A DNA stretch of 64,000 bases from Mustelus asterias (Eukaryota), in contig NW_027590119.1 in assembly GCF_964213995.1 (NCBI RefSeq), positions 2,418,001 to 2,482,000 of the forward strand, given 5' to 3'. Numbering within the stretch: position 1 is the first letter of the stretch; the number at the start of each line of letters is the position of its first letter. Below the pieces are notes generated by a model. That model was not told the DNA's origin, did no database searches, and saw only the letters and a program-made list of their open reading frames with translations. Positions 1 through 11,955 of the stretch are shown one piece after another. The position numbers and the translations under genes were made by a program.

Positions 1-502
1 CAGCCAGGGAGAGATTTAAAAACAATGATCAGCATTTTAAAATTGAGGTGCTGCTGAACCAGGAGTCAGAGTGGGTCAGAGGGCAGAGGGGACGATAGGT
101 GGGTCGGGCTTGGTGAGAGAGAGGACAGAAGCAGCAGAGTTTTAGATTATTTTATGAAGGGTAGAACTTGTAAAGCCAGCCTGGAGTGTGTTAAAATAAT
201 CAAATTTATATATAGTTTCAGAAGTAGATGAGCCAAGGCATGGATAAAGTCAGGCGATGTTACTGAGGTGGAAATAGTGATGGTGCAGATTAGTGATGAT
301 GCAGATATAAAGTCAGAAGAAACTCATCTTCTGGCTTCAGGCTTTCCAATATTTAAGTGGAGGAAATTTCTGATCACCGAATACTGGATTTCAGACAAAT
401 CAGAATGTTGTACGAGCTGGAGAGGAACTTGGGGGTAATGGGTTTCATCAACTGCTACCCTGTCCTTCTCATTGGTGGTGGGTGAGGGCTTTGAGAGACT
501 CT

Positions 503-1690
503 GGGCCCGATTTTACCATTTTCATTCTAAGTGCTGAATCTGGGCGCAATTCAGATCCGACTTGGCAACCTGTTCTCAGAGGCCCCCTTACACACTCAGC
601 CTGAAAAAAACCCGCGAGTCTGAATCGCACTGTGGGCAGGGCTTATCGCGCCAGATTCGCTGCAGCTCCAATCGGAGCTTTGAACTGCGCATGCGCAGTG
701 AGAAAAAAAAATTGAAAAACACGTCTCTGTCACATCCCTCCTGGGCTGCAAAAAGCGGATAAAGCAGCCTGGAAGCGATGGCCTCCACAGACATCGCCCC
801 ACTCCCACAACATAACTGTCCCCCTTATCCACCCAGCCCCCCCCACTACCCAGACTGATCGTGACCCTCTGCCTCCCTTCCACCCCCACCGATCGCCTGC
901 AGAGTGACAGCGGTCCCCCCCCCCCCCCCACCCCACCAGAGAGTGATTGGGCCTCCCTCCACCCCAGAGAATGATCGGGCCTCCCTCCTCCCTCCACCCC
1001 CCCCCTCCCCCCCCATATCCCTCAAGACAACGATCGGGCCTCCCTCTCCACACCCCCCTTCCCCACCAGACAACAATCTGACCTCCTTTCCTCCCCCCCG
1101 CCCCCCCCCCACCCCTCCCCCTCCCCTCCACCACCACCACCACTACCAGAGAATGATCTGGCCTCCCTTCCCCCCACCCACCTTCACCCCCACCTCCCCC
1201 CGCCCCCCCTCCAGACAACGATCTGTCCCTCCCCACCAGAGAATGATCTGGCCTCCCTCTCGTCCCCCCCCCCAACCCCCTTCCCAGAGAATGATCTGGC
1301 CCGCCTTCCTTCCCCCACCCCGCCATCGATCTGAGTCAGAGAGCCATTGGAAGCTCTGAATTTACCTCTTCAGAAGCTGGAGCGCCCGAAACAGACCTTT
1401 GCTGAGCACGTCTGTTTCGCGCCAAATCTGGACATGCAAACGTGACGGTAAAGGGGGAAATGCTGGTAAAGTTGGGGCGCAGCACATTAATTCAATTTAA
1501 ATGCATGCAAATGCATTTAAATCGCCGTTGTGCCCGTTTTGGGCGCAATTCAGATCGCAGCCATTTTTGGGCCTTGGTAAAGTGGGCATCTGCGTGGACG
1601 CGAGCGCGGATCATGTTAATAGCCTCACGTCCGACTTTATCAAGTTTCCGTGCCCGTTTTCGGGCACGACGAAATGGTAAAATCAGTCTT
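503..1690. mobile_element. Non-autonomous DNA transposon (possibly Harbinger-like) with C-rich internal tandem repeats
   Basis: Terminal inverted repeats: GATTTTACCATTT at 509-521 and AAATGGTAAAATC at 1672-1684. The interior repeats CCACCAGAGAATGATC(T/G)GGCCTCCCT separated by poly-C. No transposase. The superfamily is inferred only from the GGGC-type end. Confidence 0.6.
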
Positions 1691-2229
1691 GTAAATATCT
1701 AAAATCTGCCTCCTTCACCCAACTTCTCCCACTTCTCTGTCCTTGTCCTATAGAAGCCAGTTTCTTGTATTGACACAGATCAGGTTCCCTTCTTTGAAAG
1801 ACATTAGTGAACCAGTCAGATTTTTAAGACAATCCAGTTTTCGTGGTCACTTTTTCCTTTACCCCACGCACTCTCTCTCCCTCAGCTCTCATAGAAGCCA
1901 GAGACATGTGTAGACCCAGACTGGATGGGCAGATTCCTTCCCTGAAGGACATTAGTGAACCAGTTGGGTTTTTATGACAATCGATCAGTTTTCTTGGCCT
2001 CTTTTCCCCAGTGCCGGCCCCACAAATTACCAGATTCATTCAGCTCAATTTCACAACCTGCCTTTGTGTTTGTGTGGGTTCTCTCTCACTCCCTTTTGCC
2101 TGTTTCAAATCAATTTCACAGGGACTGGAGTGGGACAATTTGCAGTCCGGGAACTGAAAACAAACATCATATCAGGAGCTGACGGAGTCACCCAATTTAT
2201 CATAACCTGAATATCAGTGGATTTTGATC

Positions 2230-2913
2230 ATGGAAGGAAAAAGCACCGTTCACAGTGGAGAGACACCATACACGTGTTCTGTGTGTGGACGAGGTTTCAG
2301 CCGATCAACTGGCCTGTCAAAACATAAGTGCAGTCACTCCATAGAGAAACTGTGGAAATGTGTGGACTGTGGGAAGGAATTTAATTACCCATCCCAGCTG
2401 GAAACTCATCAGCGCAGTCACACTGGGGAGAGGCCGTTCACCTGCTCTGAGTGTGGGAAGGGATTCACTCTGTCATCCCACCTACTTACTCATCAACGAC
2501 TTCACACCGGGGAGAGACCTTTTAAATGCTCAGACTGTGGGAAATGTCATAAAAGTTCCTGGGAATTGATGTCCCATCAACATGTTCACACTGACGAGAG
2601 ACCATACAGATGCTGTCACTGTGGGACTGGGTTCAGGCAATCGTATAGCCGTACTGCACATCAGCGAATTCACACCGGGGAGAGGCCGTTCACCTGCTCT
2701 GAGTGTGGGAAGGGATTCACTCGGTCATCCCACCTGCTGAGACATCAACGTACTCACACTGGGGAGAGGCCATTCAACTGCTCCAAATGTGGGAAGGGAT
2801 TCAGACAGTCATCTGAACTGTTGACACACGAACGCATTCACACGGGGGAGAGGCCACGTAAGTGGATTCATTCAATCATCCCATTTGCTGATACATCAGC
2901 GAGTTCACAGTGA
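2230..2913 (+). pseudogene. Tandem C2H2 (Kruppel-type) zinc-finger gene exon: 7 in-frame fingers, then frameshifted and truncated
   Basis: Seven CxxC...HxxxH fingers with TGERP linkers. Splice acceptor ...aatttcacAG at 2120-2121 and ATG at 2230. After the last TGERP a deletion shifts frame. The out-of-frame remnant [31 protein letters not shown] continues to about 2980, where a CR1 LINE begins. Confidence 0.85.
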
Positions 2914-2980
2914 TAAAAAACCTTTTAAATGCTCAGACTGTGGGAAATGCTTCAAAATGTCCCATCCATGTGTTCATAGT

Positions 2981-3376
2981 GAGGCTGAGGGGTGACCTTA
3001 TAGAGGTCAAAAAAATAATGAGGGGCATATACAAGGTAGATAGTCAATATCTTTTCCCACAGGTAGGGGAGTCTAAAACTCAAGGGCATAGGTTTAAGGT
3101 GGGAGGGGAGAGATACAAAAGTGTCCAGAGGAGCAATTATTTCGCACAGAGGGTGGTGAGTGACTGGAACAAGCTGCCAGAGGTAGTAGTAGAGGCGGGT
3201 ACAATTTTATCTTTTAAAAAGCATTTAAATAGTTATATGGGTACGATGGGTATAGAGGGATATGGGCCAAATGCAGGCAATTGGGATTAGCTTAGGAGTT
3301 TAAAAAAAAATAAGGGCGGCATGGACAAGTTGGGCCGAAGGGCCTGTTTCCATGCTGTAAACCTCTATGACTCTAT
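2981..3376 (+). mobile_element. CR1-type LINE 3' fragment
   Basis: ORF2 C-terminal motif [15 protein letters not shown]...FAQRVVSDWNKLP, followed by a 3' UTR and a ctctatgactctat tail. Confidence 0.85.
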
Positions 3377-3873
3377 CTCCCTTTCCTCTCTAAAGTCCTT
3401 GAACGTTTTACCTTCCACATATTGTAAATTGTTTTACCTTTCTGACCTTGTATAGGAAAGTTTATTTTTATTCAGTATCTGTGGAATCTTGTGCCTTATT
3501 CACTTGTTACATATCTTGAATCTCCACCTTTATCTATTTTATACAAACTCACTCAAATCTAAAAGCAGTTTAGTGGGAATTGGGAAAACAGAAGGTGGGT
3601 TTCCTGGACAGGATGAGCTGCTAAGAGGAGATGGAGAGCGTCACAATCCCAGCTGGTGTTACTACTGGACAGGAAGGTTCCAGAATAAGACGCTGGCTCA
3701 ATTGACCATAACATTTACCTTTTTGTTTTAGAAATGTGGATGAACAGAGTCACAGGATGGCCCATTAGCTTTTAACAAAAACATCTTTTAAACATGAAAA
3801 GATTGACAGTAACACAAGATTCCTTCATTCCGCCCACCTCCTGCTGCAGTGAACACACAGACACAGTGAGGGA

Positions 3874-3888
3874 GCTCCCTCTAGTGGC
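3874..3888 (-). promoter_or_regulatory. CTCF-like motif downstream of the IgM gene
   Basis: Minus strand reads GCCACTAGAGGGAGC, close to the CTCF core CCAC/GC/TAGA/GGGGCGC. Motif match only. Confidence 0.45.
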
Positions 3889-4596
3889 GATGGGTGGTAA
3901 ATGGCCTCTGCCTGGGAGATCACTGAATCCTCAGACTACTGAAGGATCTTATTCAAACTTAGAAACGTTGGAGGATTGTGCTGCTGTATTTTTATTGTTC
4001 CTATTATTTTTATATTAACGCAGTCGAACCTATTTAGAGAATTGAAACCAATCTCAGAAACAGCTATAGGCGAACTCACAGATACACAAACACATTCACA
4101 GATATACACTCTCAGAGAGACACAGACAAACTCACACACACAGACATGTGGACAAAAAAACACTCTGACTTACACAAATATACACACACACTATCACACC
4201 CACTCTCACAAACACAGAGACAGATTGAGACCACGAAAGGTTGATGTCAATTTCAGTCCAAATAATTTGCTGGGCACTAAAATAATAACAGAAGCAAATC
4301 TGAGGCTCGGTGTGTGGGTTTTAATGTGAAATTAGAAAATGTATAAATTTATCCCATAGCTCCGTGTGGGAGTGGAATTGATGATTTGTCTGCTGTCTAT
4401 CTCCCTGAATATTAAATTGGAGAGATTATAAAATTTGAATTGTAATATCTAATGGTATAAAGTGTCTGAAAGCAGGGTGGATGTGATAAAGGCTGGAATA
4501 ATGACTGGGGGAATGAGGCTGAAAGTGCTGTGCAGAGTGAATGGTTCTTATTGTCGGGAGGGATGGATAGAGGGAGGGATGAATGAATGGCGGTGA

Positions 4597-5018
4597 ATGC
4601 GAGAAGCTGAAGACCGCAAGAAACTACAAAAGTTTGTGAATGTAGCCCAATCCATCACTCAAACCATTGACTCTGTCTACACTTCCCGCTGCCTTGGCAA
4701 AGCAGCCAGCATAATTAAGGACTCCACGCACCCCAGACATTCTCTCTTCCACCTTCTTCCGTCGGGAAAAGGATACAAAAGTCTGAGGTCACATACCAAC
4801 TGACTCAAAAACAGCTTCTTCTCTGCTGCTGTCAGACTTTTGAATGAACTTACCTTGCATTAAGTTGATCTTTGTCTACACCCTAGCTATGACTAACCCT
4901 ACATTCTACACTCTCTCATTTCCTTCTCTATGAATGACATGCTTTGTCTGTATAGCGTGCAAGAAACAATACTTTTCATTGTATACTAATACATGTGACA
5001 ATAATAAATCAAATCAAA
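4597..5018 (+). mobile_element. Rex1/Babar-type LINE 3' fragment
   Basis: Translation DRKKLQKFVNVAQSITQ...IIKDSTHPRHSLFHLLPSGKGYKSLRSHTN matches the C-terminus typical of this clade. Ends in an aataaatcaaatcaaa tail. A related copy lies at about 33415-33720. Confidence 0.7.
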
Positions 5019-5117
5019 AACATTTATATTTGAAGAGGTTCCCAGTCTGTGCAGCAGAACTGGGGAAGCCTTTGGGCAGAGACTGTGCTGCTGTTTACCC
5101 TTCTGATCGATGGTAGT

Positions 5118-5188
5118 CATGATGTGGAGATGCCGGCGTTGGACTGGGGTAAACACAGTAAGAAGTTTAACAACACCAGGTTAAAGTC
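5118..5188 (-). mobile_element. Truncated end of Penelope-like element family A
   Basis: Near-identical to the family A terminus at 26477-26548 (reverse complement of gatgtggagatgccggcgttggactgggg...). Confidence 0.6.
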
Positions 5189-5915
5189 TGTTGTTCTGTT
5201 TTTTGTTTTAAATAAATGTTCCGTCCTTACACAGAGATATCTGCCACGTGAGTTTTATATTGTCTGTAATTAAATTATATTGTTTTATATTGTCTGTAGT
5301 CAAATGATCCCATAGCACTCGCCTTAATTTGGAAATTTGTAATCTATTATGTGCTTATGTGAAATGCACCTCAGTCTCTTGGTTTCACCTCATGGTTTGC
5401 ACCTCTGCTCTGTATGTGTTCTCTATCTAGCTTGTGGCATGTCTGCCTTGTAAGTATTTCATCGGACGAAATATAGAGAGATTCACACGCTGCAGCGACA
5501 CTGATAGTTTTTTTAAGGGGCAGTGTAAAGGAAACTATCTTCTGCCACACACTGTCCTGCATCGGCCTCTGATGAAACAGAGCCTTTGCTTTTTAGAATT
5601 AACTGAAACTCGGTCAGTGACAGACCAGTTTATGAGTGAAATCACCGAGGTTCTCCTCATTCTTCACTCGTTCTGTCTCTGGATTTTATCATAAAAAGGC
5701 AGAGATGAAGGTGTCTTTATACGGATGGGCCACTGGGTGGCGCAGTGACTCTTTCACTGAACGGCCTTGAGTTCAAACACATCCCACACAGGACTGGGGA
5801 ACAGACATGTCTGGGAAAGAGGGGAAACCGTATAATATGGAATATGGGGCGGAGTTGATGGGCTTTGGAAAACGGAATTAAGCCAAGCCAGAGATGGTTA
5901 AATTTTCATTCAATA

Positions 5916-5921
5916 TTTATT
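5916..5921 (-). terminator. Candidate poly(A) signal for membrane-form IgM mRNA
   Basis: AATAAA on the minus strand about 450 nt after the TM2 stop codon. Confidence 0.45.
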
Positions 5922-6368
5922 TTAAAAAGTCAGAATATTTTACAGCGACATTATTTTTTAAAGTTAGAAAAGTGAATTTAACGATCGAGCTTCACATTGA
6001 GAACACAACACATGCACAGGGAATCCGTCAATATTTGTACATCTGTTACATACACCAGAAAGAGAAAACAGGACCTTAATAGAAAGAGGAATTAACAAAT
6101 ATGGATAAGGAATGAGAAAAGTTTCTTATTTATACATGATATTTAAACTATGGGGAAATTGTTAACCACAATTACATTATAACAAAAAATGCCTCGTACT
6201 TTTCACTCTGAAAAAAATACCGTCTATGATTGTCTCAGTTACAGATTCAGAATGATAAACTGAGAGAATTTTACTGATAGAGTCACCAAGGGCAGATATT
6301 GTATTTGTGTCATACGGAGATCATAATAATCAGCTGAGGGAAATCTGCAGCATCCAAAATTCAACCCA

Positions 6369-6377
6369 TCACTTGAT
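6369..6377 (-). CDS. IGHM: IgM TM2 exon (Ile-Lys-stop)
   Basis: Acceptor tctttcttttacAG followed by ATC AAG TGA. Intron from TM1 is 136 nt. Gives a cytoplasmic tail KIK. Confidence 0.85.
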   Translation of the reverse strand: MK

Positions 6378-6513
6378 CTGTAAAAGAAAGATACAATAAT
6401 GAAGCAGATGTTTATGATGCAGGACATTAAAGTTAGAGTTTTTAATGGAACATTGAGAGATTTTTCAAATCCATTCTGTCAGTTTGATATGTGAGTGCAT
6501 TCAATCATCTCAC

Positions 6514-6641
6514 CTTCACCAGAGTGACCGCAGTGCTGTAGAAAATGCTCAGGAAGAACAGGACAATGAATGTGGAAGCCGTTGTCCAGATGTTACTGTT
6601 ATCATCCTCATTGTCTTCAATCCAGATGCGGTCGGTTGAGT
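6514..6641 (-). CDS. IGHM: IgM TM1 exon
   Basis: 128-nt exon with AG/GT ends encoding (D)[42 protein letters not shown], which contains the conserved antigen-receptor transmembrane (CART) motif. Confidence 0.95.
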
Positions 6642-7513
6642 CTAGGGGATGGAGACCAGGATATGAAATTAGATTACTTTATTTATCCAGCTAATGTTAT
6701 TGTTATTTTTCTTTTCCCAGTTCTCCTTTTTAAACTGATCATTTATTCTTGAACTTAATTTTCAATGTATACCTCCTCTTAAGCTCAGGACACTCAGTAA
6801 CCGATCTCCGTAACTATTTTCACACCTGATCTTTATTGACATTCCTTGGACAGTCCATGTCAGAAAGCACTGAAGATGTTTAATTGAAAATCAGTTGATT
6901 TTTTGACAATTCGGAACTATCCCTTATTGAAGAATATTATCACTGATATCGAGGAACGTTCACTAATCAATGATTATTTTCACAGATGGTTACTGATCTG
7001 TAAACTGTGAATGTTGTTGTTTAAGAGTTGGGATGTAATTTCCGATCTGTGCTTCTTTATGGTGGAAATGTTTAGTAGATCGTGAGCTTAATTCAGTTTC
7101 TCAACGTGTTTATCTGTTCATTGGACATTGGGATAATAAATCTGTGGATATCTCCATTAAAAAGTCACGTTTAAATTTTACTTTCATCATTTGCCTACCG
7201 TTTGTATTGAAGATTTTGCATTTGTGTGCGTGTGCATGAGCATCTCGTGCTCTGCATTAATCTTTGGCTCTGAGTTAATATGTGATTATGAGTGTTAATG
7301 TGCGCCTACATTTGCCAGTGATTGTTGATTGTGTAGTTGTGTGTCTGCATCTGTGCGCATATTTTATTCTTTTGTCATTGTGTATATATGACTATTATTG
7401 TGTGAAGTCTATGAATATATATTAATGCCACTATTAATGCGTGCACATGTGTTTATGCCTATTGCTATGTGTTAATTTCTGTCACTTTAATAATGTTTGT
7501 TTCCCTTTCTGTG

Positions 7514-7638
7514 GAGTTGCCGGCGTTGGACTGGGGTCGGCACAGTAAGTACTCTCACAGCACCAGGTTAAAGTCCAACAGATTTATTTGGTTGCACGAG
7601 CTTTCGGAGCATTGCCCCTTCATCAGGTGACTACTTAC
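7514..7638 (-). mobile_element. Short Penelope-like insertion with target-site duplication
   Basis: Family A terminus flanked by the direct repeat TGTTTCCCTTTCTGTG at 7498-7513 and 7639-7654. Confidence 0.7.
7595..7629 (-). ncRNA. Minimal type I hammerhead ribozyme motif
   Basis: Minus strand reads CAC-CTGATGA-A-GGGGC-AAT-GCTCC-GAAA-GC-TC-GTG: core boxes, a paired stem II, stem I CAC/GTG, and palindromic AGCT in place of stem III. Confidence 0.65.
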
Positions 7639-7649
7639 TGTTTCCCTTT

Positions 7650-8238
7650 CTGTGTGCGTCTGTTTCTCCATGTGTCTGTGTGCACGCCTGTTGACATGTC
7701 AGTGTATGTATACACGTGTTGAAATTCTTTATAACGGTGCGTTGATGTATATTTGTGTTTCGATGTGTAGTCATGTGTGCTATGGTGTTTTGTTCTGTGA
7801 GCATGTTAATGTTTGCGTCTACATGTTTGTGTGTAAATGTTTTGCTGTCCGTTCTTCTGTATGCAGTCTGGTGATTTGTTTATATGTATTTCCATATATG
7901 TTTGTGAATGTGTATAACATTGTGTGTCTTTATATCTATATTCCTATCAGCGTGAACGTGTGCTAATATATGTATTTATTTGAGTCTAAGTATGTGCTTG
8001 TGTATTTATGTGGGTCTGCATGCGTGTGTATCTGTCTATTGTGTCTATGCATGTATGTGTTTGTGTTTGGGTCTGTACCTACTCACGTATGTGTATGTAC
8101 TTGTGTGTTTCATGTGTACATGTGTGCGTTTGTACATATTTGATTATGTGTGTGTGTGTTGTTGTTTTAGTGTCTGTTTGTACAAGAGCGCGTGTCTATG
8201 TGTTCGTATGTGTGTGTGTGTGTATGTGTGCGTGTGTA

Positions 8239-8271
<33 letters not shown>

Positions 8272-8750
8272 ATGGGTGTGTCCCTATGTATATTTGTGTA
8301 CGGATGTGTTTGTGTATGGGTGTATTTTTGTGTGGGTGTATTTGTGTAAGTGTGTATTTCTGTTTGTGCATGTGTTGCCCATGAATGCATTTGTGTGTGC
8401 ATTCTTGTTTCTCTGCATGTGTGTTCGTCTGTGCAAGTATTGAGTGTACCTATGGTGTGTGAAAGTGTATCTGTTGTGTATTTGTGTGTTTCTGTGTCTG
8501 TATTTGAATGTGCCTATCCCTATTTCTGTATATGGATGTGTGTGGGGGTATGTGCATGCGTTTGTGTGTGTATATTTACATGTGTCTTTCTGTATTTGTG
8601 TGCATATGTGTGAGTATGTGCATTTGTGTGTGCAGTTGTGCATTTGTGTCGATGTGTGTGTATGTGTGTGAGTGTGAGTGTGTGTGTGTGCGCTTATGTG
8701 TGTATTTATAATTGTGACAGTTTTGTGGAGTATTGTCAGTGTGTGTATTT
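7650..8750. repeat. Degenerate (GT)n/(GTAT)n low-complexity tract with a (GA)n run
   Basis: Seen directly. It accounts for the C/V-rich and H/T-rich spurious ORFs here. Confidence 0.9.
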
Positions 8751-9799
8751 TTTAGCTGTTGCTCCAAGTTTCACCGCAATCATTAACTAAAAATGATCCA
8801 AACAATACGAATAATGGAGCATATTTTCAATATTTTGCTGTATGAATGTAGTTTATGTGAGTGGCACGGTGATATCAGGAGAAAGAATGAAATCATTCAT
8901 TGATGCATCTCAGAAACATCAGGGACAGAACAGTAAAAACCGGGGAAGATTCAATCATTTGTTTCAATTTGCATTATGGGAAATCAATGCCAGGACATGA
9001 TTAACAGGAATAAGAGTACAGAAACATTTTAAAATTATGTTGCATAAGTATATATGCATCACATTGATTAAGATAATGATACTTCAAACTCTGCAGCAAA
9101 TAAACCAGAAGCTAATTTATACTGTTGGCAACTGGGTTCTTTGAGTAGAGAGCTGGTCCCTTCCAAACACGTTACTTGCGAAGAGGGAGGGAGTGAGCTC
9201 ATAATTTCCCTCACTCTACCCGGTGCCTGATGGTTCTAACCGCTGACGAGGTGGAGGTGAGTGGATTAAATAATGACATTCCTCCTCTTTTCATTAAGGA
9301 AGTGGTGGTACATGGGTTAGCTACTGCTCTCCCCTCTCTTTGTTGGGTGAGTAGGAATCCGGTATGTTAACAATTTCACTCTCCCCTCTCTCTGATGGGG
9401 GGATTGTTGCTCCATGTTTCTGTGTGACCCTCACTTCAGTTCCCAGTGGGTGTGGTGCAGCAGCTTAAAGCTGACATCAATGGTAAAGGCATGGACAACG
9501 AGAGAAGCAGGAACACCGAGATCTAAATTGTGTTTGTCAGAAATGTTGAAATTGTCGGAGTTTTCCTCAGGGAGGAAAGTCGGTGAAGATATTTTGCAGA
9601 ATCCTGTAATGAATGTGCTCTACTCTGTCTCTAACACAGGGTGTATCTGAGCTGGGTGCACTGGTTCAACAAGGCTTGGGCCCGAGACATGAAAATACCT
9701 GACTCAAATCAAAGATACATAGTGGAAGTAAAATTGAAAACCAATCAATTAAGCGTTTGGATATTTCATTTGTCGTTAGAGGAAAATGATTTTATTATT

Positions 9800-9805
9800 T
9801 TTATT
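9800..9805 (-). terminator. Poly(A) signal for secreted IgM mRNA
   Basis: AATAAA 27 nt after the secretory stop codon, with a second copy at 9791-9796. Confidence 0.75.
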
Positions 9806-9832
9806 GAAGTTTTTAATGTAACCGAGTGATTC

Positions 9833-10224
9833 TCATTGACATGAATTAACGGTGTCCATCAGTGCAAGGGAAATGTTCACAAAACTGGGTTTACCGCTGG
9901 ATTTGTCAACTGTTCTGTTGATGATCTTCAAGGGGATGGCTTCATGTCCCACCACACAGGAGTAAGAAGCACCGCTGGACCATTCCTCTGCTGCAATGGA
10001 TAACAGGCTGTACATGAAGAAGGAGCTATTCCCGCTCTCCGCGACCACCTCGGTGTTCTTATAGTTCCCAGGATTCACCGGCTTGTCGTTGACGGTCCAC
10101 TTGACGAAGATCTCTCGAGGGGAGAAACGTCTCACTAAGCAGCTGAGGGAGACGAATCTCTGAGCGGAGACTTCTTCTGCCGAGGGCAGGAGGACAGAGA
10201 CGAACGGTTCCCGCGGATTTGGAT
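9833..10224 (-). CDS. IGHM: IgM CH4 plus secretory tailpiece
   Basis: (D)[42 protein letters not shown]...[43 protein letters not shown]. The tail has an NIS sequon and a penultimate Cys. Internal donor G|GTAAA at 9895/9894 is in phase with TM1. Confidence 0.97.
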
Positions 10225-10726
10225 CTGCAGAAAATGTACAATAAATGTCAATAAACTGGAGAATTCCGGAGAGAATGTAACCACTGGCGAGATATCAGAA
10301 AAATGTGCTTCGCTTTCGATTTTAAATGTTTCCATTTTTGACTTCCAGTTTGGAGCAGAGGTGAACACAATTATTTTCTCAAATAACTCAGGGGGCTGGA
10401 CTGGGAAGTTTCAGAAATTTTACAGCACTGAATCAGGCTATTCGGCCCAACTGATCGGCTTTAATTTTGGTTTTCTGGTTTTTATGCTCCACATCAGGCT
10501 CCTCCCTCGTTATTCAATCTAAACCCAATAACATCGCCTTCAGTTCACTTTTCATTCATCAACACATCAAATTTCCCTGTTAAAATATCTACAACCCCCA
10601 GTTTTTAGTTAGTGGAGTTTCCACTCAGGGGAGACCATTAATGCACTGAATACTGAATATTGACCAGTACACTGACACTGGAAATAGACACAGTGACGCA
10701 TTTATTGCTTCAATCTCTCAGCTCAC

Positions 10727-11035
10727 CTGTTTCCTTGTGGATGGATTTTCTTAAAGGAGTCGGCAGATCCTGATGGCTCACCACGCAGTCAAACACAGCC
10801 GCACTCAGCCAGGCTTGTGTCGAGATGTTTAAGTTGCTGACCACGCTGTCAGGATCCGCTCCAGGCTTTTCGGCAATCTCTGATTTCAAATACTTCCTGT
10901 CTCGGATCCAGGACACGTTGACTCCATAAGGAGCATTAGAAATGATGCAGGTTAAGGTCACGGTCGCCTCCAGTAAGACCTGTTCTATTGGTGGTGGCTG
11001 TATCGTCACTGTGGTATCAGGGCACTGGGGAGGAT
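10727..11035 (-). CDS. IGHM: IgM CH3 exon
   Basis: 309 nt, phase 1/1, AG/GT ends. Encodes (D)[29 protein letters not shown]...W...[22 protein letters not shown]. Confidence 0.96.
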
Positions 11036-11477
11036 CTGTGAATGAAAAATGAAAATCAACCCTAGTTCCCTCTTCAGAAGCAGGACAGCAGTGTTCAGCC
11101 TGAAGGAGACGAAGTTGCCTTCGATATATCAACCTCTAACTATCACCTTTCAACCTCTATGGAGGATGGAAAACCAGCCTGCTCTGTGAAATTATTCTCT
11201 TTTTGTTCAAGTATTTTAGCAGCGGTATCATTCTCATGAATCAACATTGCAGTATTCCCCAACAAATATACCATTCCTGAACTCAGGAACCAAGTACTGG
11301 CAGTTAGTTTATAAGTCGGGTGGATGCACTTCCCAATATTTTACCCCTATGCTGTGACCTGTGAAACAGTCCGACACCGACTGTCTCTCCAAATCTTACC
11401 AGCTGTCTCAGGAAAAAGCTGACATCAAGACCACCTCGCTTACTATATTACTTCAAAATGGAAGGGAACACTATTTC

Positions 11478-11790
11478 AAGGGGAGGCAGTGGCATGGTGG
11501 TGTTGCCAATGGTCTTGTAACCCAGGGCACGACTCTGGGGACACAGATTCGAATCTCACCACTGCAGATGGTGAAATTTGAATTTAGTAAAAATCTATCA
11601 TTAAAAGTCAAATGATCATCATGAAGCCATTGTTGTAAAAACCCACCTGGTTCACGAATGCCCTTTAGAAAAGTAAATCTGCTGTCTTTATCTGGCCTGG
11701 CATGCATGTGACTCCAGATCCACAGCAATGTGGTTGACACTTAAGTGCCCTCATGGATGGGAAATAAATGCACATCTCATGAAGGAATAA
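11478..11790 (+). mobile_element. SINE with Deu-like core (SacSINE-like)
   Basis: tRNA-like head plus the core ...aaatctgctgtctttatctggcctggcatgcatgtgactccagatccacagcaatgtggttgacacttaa. Related copies at about 24870-25215(-), 34135-34470(+), 36010-36360(-) and 48900-49210(-). Confidence 0.6.
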
Positions 11791-11955
11791 CAAAAATTGC
11801 TGTTGTGATGAAATTCTGAATGGGGCACTGTCCCAATGCAGCAAACCACATGACAGTAAATTAGAAGTTGTTCTATCTTTGTACTAACTTTAATAGATCC
11901 CTAATTTCGATTAACATCGAAATTATATATTTTATCGTCGGTTTGAGTCTCTTAC

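Noticed and set aside
1505-1512. Octamer ATGCAAAT
   Set aside because: It lies within a transposon's ATTTAAATGCATGCAAATGCATTTAAAT near-palindrome, so there is no reason to link it to Ig regulation.
562-1702. Pro-rich and Gly-rich ORFs
   Set aside because: Translations of poly-C repeats inside a non-autonomous transposon.
5371-5390. Alternative TM2 exon (AG GTG AAA CCA AGA GAC TGA)
   Set aside because: No polypyrimidine tract. The exon at 6377-6369 has a strong acceptor and the expected two-codon length.
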